Source of the DNA: Nitrospirota bacterium
Lineage (GTDB): Bacteria > Nitrospirota > UBA9217
Direction: 5' to 3'
DNA length: 64,000 nt
NCBI GenBank assembly: GCA_963796285.1
Contig: CAWCKW010000012.1
Location: 1,280,001 to 1,344,000 of the forward strand
Positions 61,736 through 64,000 of the stretch are shown here, one piece after another. The position numbers and the translations under genes are program-made. Under the pieces are notes generated by a model. It did no database searches. It had not been told where the DNA came from and was given only the letters and a program-made list of their open reading frames with translations. Position 1 is the stretch's first letter. Every line of letters begins with the position of its first letter.

Positions 61736-63616
61736 ATGAAGATTACATCGCTTGGTTTGACGACGGTGGCCATGCTGTGTGTATTTATTTTGTCGGATTG
61801 CGGAGGCGGCGGAGGCGGATCATCAGGAGGCAATACATCAACCGGCAAGGACTCCGTCGCAGCGGCAGTACAGAATACAGCGCCCGCAGACGTTTGTCCA
61901 AATGGCGGCATTACCGTACAGACGGGAATTGATACAAGCGGCAACGGCATCCTCGATCCGTCGGAAGTTCAGAACACGCAGTATGTCTGTAACGGGACAG
62001 GCGGCACGAACGGCCAAACGGCCCTGGTGTCCGTCACGAGCGAACCGAGCGGTACCAACTGCTCCGCCGGAGGCAAAAAGGTGAACGTGGGACTGGATAC
62101 GAATGGGAACGGTATTCTCGACGCATCAGAGGTAACATCCACGAATTACATCTGCAACGGTACGAATGGAGCGAACGGTCTCAATTCCCTGACAAGCATA
62201 GTGACCGAGCCTTCGGGGTCCAATTGCTCTTACGGCGGGTTGAAGATCACCTCGGGGCTTGATACCGACGGGAATGGGGCACTAGATCCCGGAGAGGTTA
62301 CCTCTACGAGCTATTCATGCAGCAGCGACTTCGCGCCGGTCATCGAAAGCATCACTATCTATCCCCAGCCGGTCCTGACCTCTGCGAACCTCCTGGCGAA
62401 CGTCTTTGACCAGAACGGAGACAGCCTTACCTACTCCTGGACCATTGGAGGGACCGGTATTGCAACAGGAGCGAGCGCGATCTGGAATTCACCGGGCATC
62501 CCGGGCTATTATCTTGTGGGTCTCGCGGTGAGCGACGGAACTTACACAATAAACGGAACGAGCGGTATCAGTGTTGGCAGCGCCAGCCCCTGGCCTAAAT
62601 TTCACCGGGATGTTCAATCAACCGGCATAAGCCCCGTAGATACAAGTGCTACTGCAGGCACGCTCAAGTGGAGCTATATGACTGGAAACGCTGTGTACTC
62701 CTCCCCTGCCATCGCCGCGGATGGAACCGTGTACGTGGGGTCGTATGATAATAGGCTCTATGCCATAAATCCCAACGGCACGCTCAAGTGGAGCTATACG
62801 ACAGGATTCTGTTTATTTTCCTCCCCTGCCATCGGCGCGGACGGGACCGTGTACGTGGGGTCGTTGGATAATAAGCTTTATGCCATAAACCCCAACGGCA
62901 CGCTCAAGTGGAGCTATGCAACAGGAAACTGTATTGTGTACTCCTCCCCTGCCATCGGCGCGGATGGAACCGTGTACATGGGGTCGGATAAGCTTTATGC
63001 CATAAACCCCAACGGCACGCTCAAGTGGAGCTATATAACAGGAGACAGTGTGTACTTATCCTCCCCTGCCATCGGCGCGGATGGAACCGTGTACGTGGGG
63101 TCGTTGGATAATAAGCTTTATGCCATAAACCCCAACGGCACGCTCAAGTGGAGCTATACGACAGGAAATGTTATTGTGTCATCTTCCCCTGCCATCGGCG
63201 CGGACGGGACCGTGTATGTGGGGTCGGATGATAATAAACTATATGCCATAAACCCCAATGGCACGCTCAACTGGAGCTATACGACAGGATTCGATGTGGA
63301 ATCCTCCCCTGCCATCGGCGCGGATGGAACTGTGTACGTGGGGTCGAATGATAGTAAGCTCTATGCCATAAATCCCAACGGCACGCTCAAGTGGAGCTAT
63401 ACGACAAGAAATATTGTGTCGTCCTCCCCTGCCATCGGCGCGGATGGAACCGTGTACGTGGGGTCGGATGATAATAAGCTCTATGCCATAAATCCCAACG
63501 GCACGCTCAAGTGGAGCTATACGACAGGATTCGCCGTGTCATCCTCCCCTGCCATCGGCGCGGATGGAACCGTGTACGTGGGGTCGAATGATAGTAAGCT
63601 CTATGCCATAAAATGA
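61736..63616 (+). CDS. Lipoprotein with three DxNGNG-loop Cys-containing repeats, an Ig/PKD-like domain and an 8-blade PQQ-like beta-propeller
   Basis: Signal ending LSDC-GGGGGG, repeated C..GG....G.D..GNG.LD..EV, WPKFHRD, eight SSPAIGADGTVYVGS..KLYAINPNGTLKW repeats; AGGAGG RBS. Confidence 0.9.
   Translation: MKITSLGLTTVAMLCVFILSDCGGGGGGSSGGNTSTGKDSVAAAVQNTAPADVCPNGGITVQTGIDTSGNGILDPSEVQNTQYVCNGTGGTNGQTALVSVTSEPSGTNCSAGGKKVNVGLDTNGNGILDASEVTSTNYICNGTNGANGLNSLTSIVTEPSGSNCSYGGLKITSGLDTDGNGALDPGEVTSTSYSCSSDFAPVIESITIYPQPVLTSANLLANVFDQNGDSLTYSWTIGGTGIATGASAIWNSPGIPGYYLVGLAVSDGTYTINGTSGISVGSASPWPKFHRDVQSTGISPVDTSATAGTLKWSYMTGNAVYSSPAIAADGTVYVGSYDNRLYAINPNGTLKWSYTTGFCLFSSPAIGADGTVYVGSLDNKLYAINPNGTLKWSYATGNCIVYSSPAIGADGTVYMGSDKLYAINPNGTLKWSYITGDSVYLSSPAIGADGTVYVGSLDNKLYAINPNGTLKWSYTTGNVIVSSSPAIGADGTVYVGSDDNKLYAINPNGTLNWSYTTGFDVESSPAIGADGTVYVGSNDSKLYAINPNGTLKWSYTTRNIVSSSPAIGADGTVYVGSDDNKLYAINPNGTLKWSYTTGFAVSSSPAIGADGTVYVGSNDSKLYAIK
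62657..63613 (+). repeat. Eight tandem 117-123 bp near-identical repeats
   Basis: GGCACGCTCAA(G/C)TGGAGCTAT at 62657, 62777, 62897, 63014, 63137, 63260, 63380 and 63500. Confidence 0.95.
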
Positions 63617-64000
63617 ACAAAGACGTTCTGGATGAGGCGGGGGATGGCCCCGCCTCTTCGTATAGACATGGTGCTCAAAGAGTCACTTTTCGATGCTTGA
63701 CAAATATCAGTCTTAAATTGGAGCCTTGGACTGATAATCGCCCTCGGAATCTTTCGGGTACTATTACAATGCTGATAATGAGCAGCATTCTGAGTATTTC
63801 TCTACCGAAAATGAATTGATTAGTATTATTGATCGGTGGAATGTTTATAAGTACAAATTGCTTATGGGCTATGAAAACGACAAGGAATGAACATTGCCCG
63901 GACGTACCGCACGAAGTGAACTTACGATCCCGACGATTATAGGAGAACCTCGATAGCATGTTTCAACCGATATTTGATAATTATTTCGCTTTACCAAAGT

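Noticed and set aside
63613-64000. Short ORFs at the window end
   Set aside because: No motifs; possibly part of a gene extending beyond the window.

Overview
Bacterial chromosome window, mostly high-GC with AT-rich patches. Gene content and style suggest a Nitrospirota/Desulfobacterota-like organism (inference only). Many single-base frameshifts in housekeeping genes (trpS, gpsA, rsmI) point to uncorrected long-read indels rather than real pseudogenes. 1-12.5 kb is an accessory region ending at an integrase stub and tRNA-Ala(CGC). It holds a tandem-repeat surface protein, a DUF1566 protein, a DUF1573-like gene with an in-frame UGA followed by a SECIS-like hairpin (candidate selenoprotein) divergent from a rhodanese, a PAS kinase, a stand-alone MshEN-like protein, tatA and MITE-like repeats. 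The core region carries an LpoA-like lipoprotein, M50 protease, trpS, polyprenyl synthetase, AMMECR1 protein, deacetylase, T2SS/T4P genes, a P-type ATPase, a decayed integron with a toxin-antitoxin cassette, lsrF-like/ADH/MFS, gpsA-larB-(kinase)-larC-GxxExxY-nadE-rsmI, an archaeal-type SAM synthetase, phoR-like and partial phoU genes and a split-ArnA L-Ara4N operon. The window ends with a cassette-like cyclase-fold gene and a c-di-GMP-I riboswitch upstream of a lipoprotein with a near-perfectly repeated 8-blade beta-propeller that varies at two loops. Most notable: (1) a GxxExxY nuclease gene bracketed by inverted arms of short tandem repeats, with near-identical empty arm pairs and several sequence variants elsewhere in the window; (2) the selenoprotein candidate; (3) the riboswitch-controlled variable propeller.
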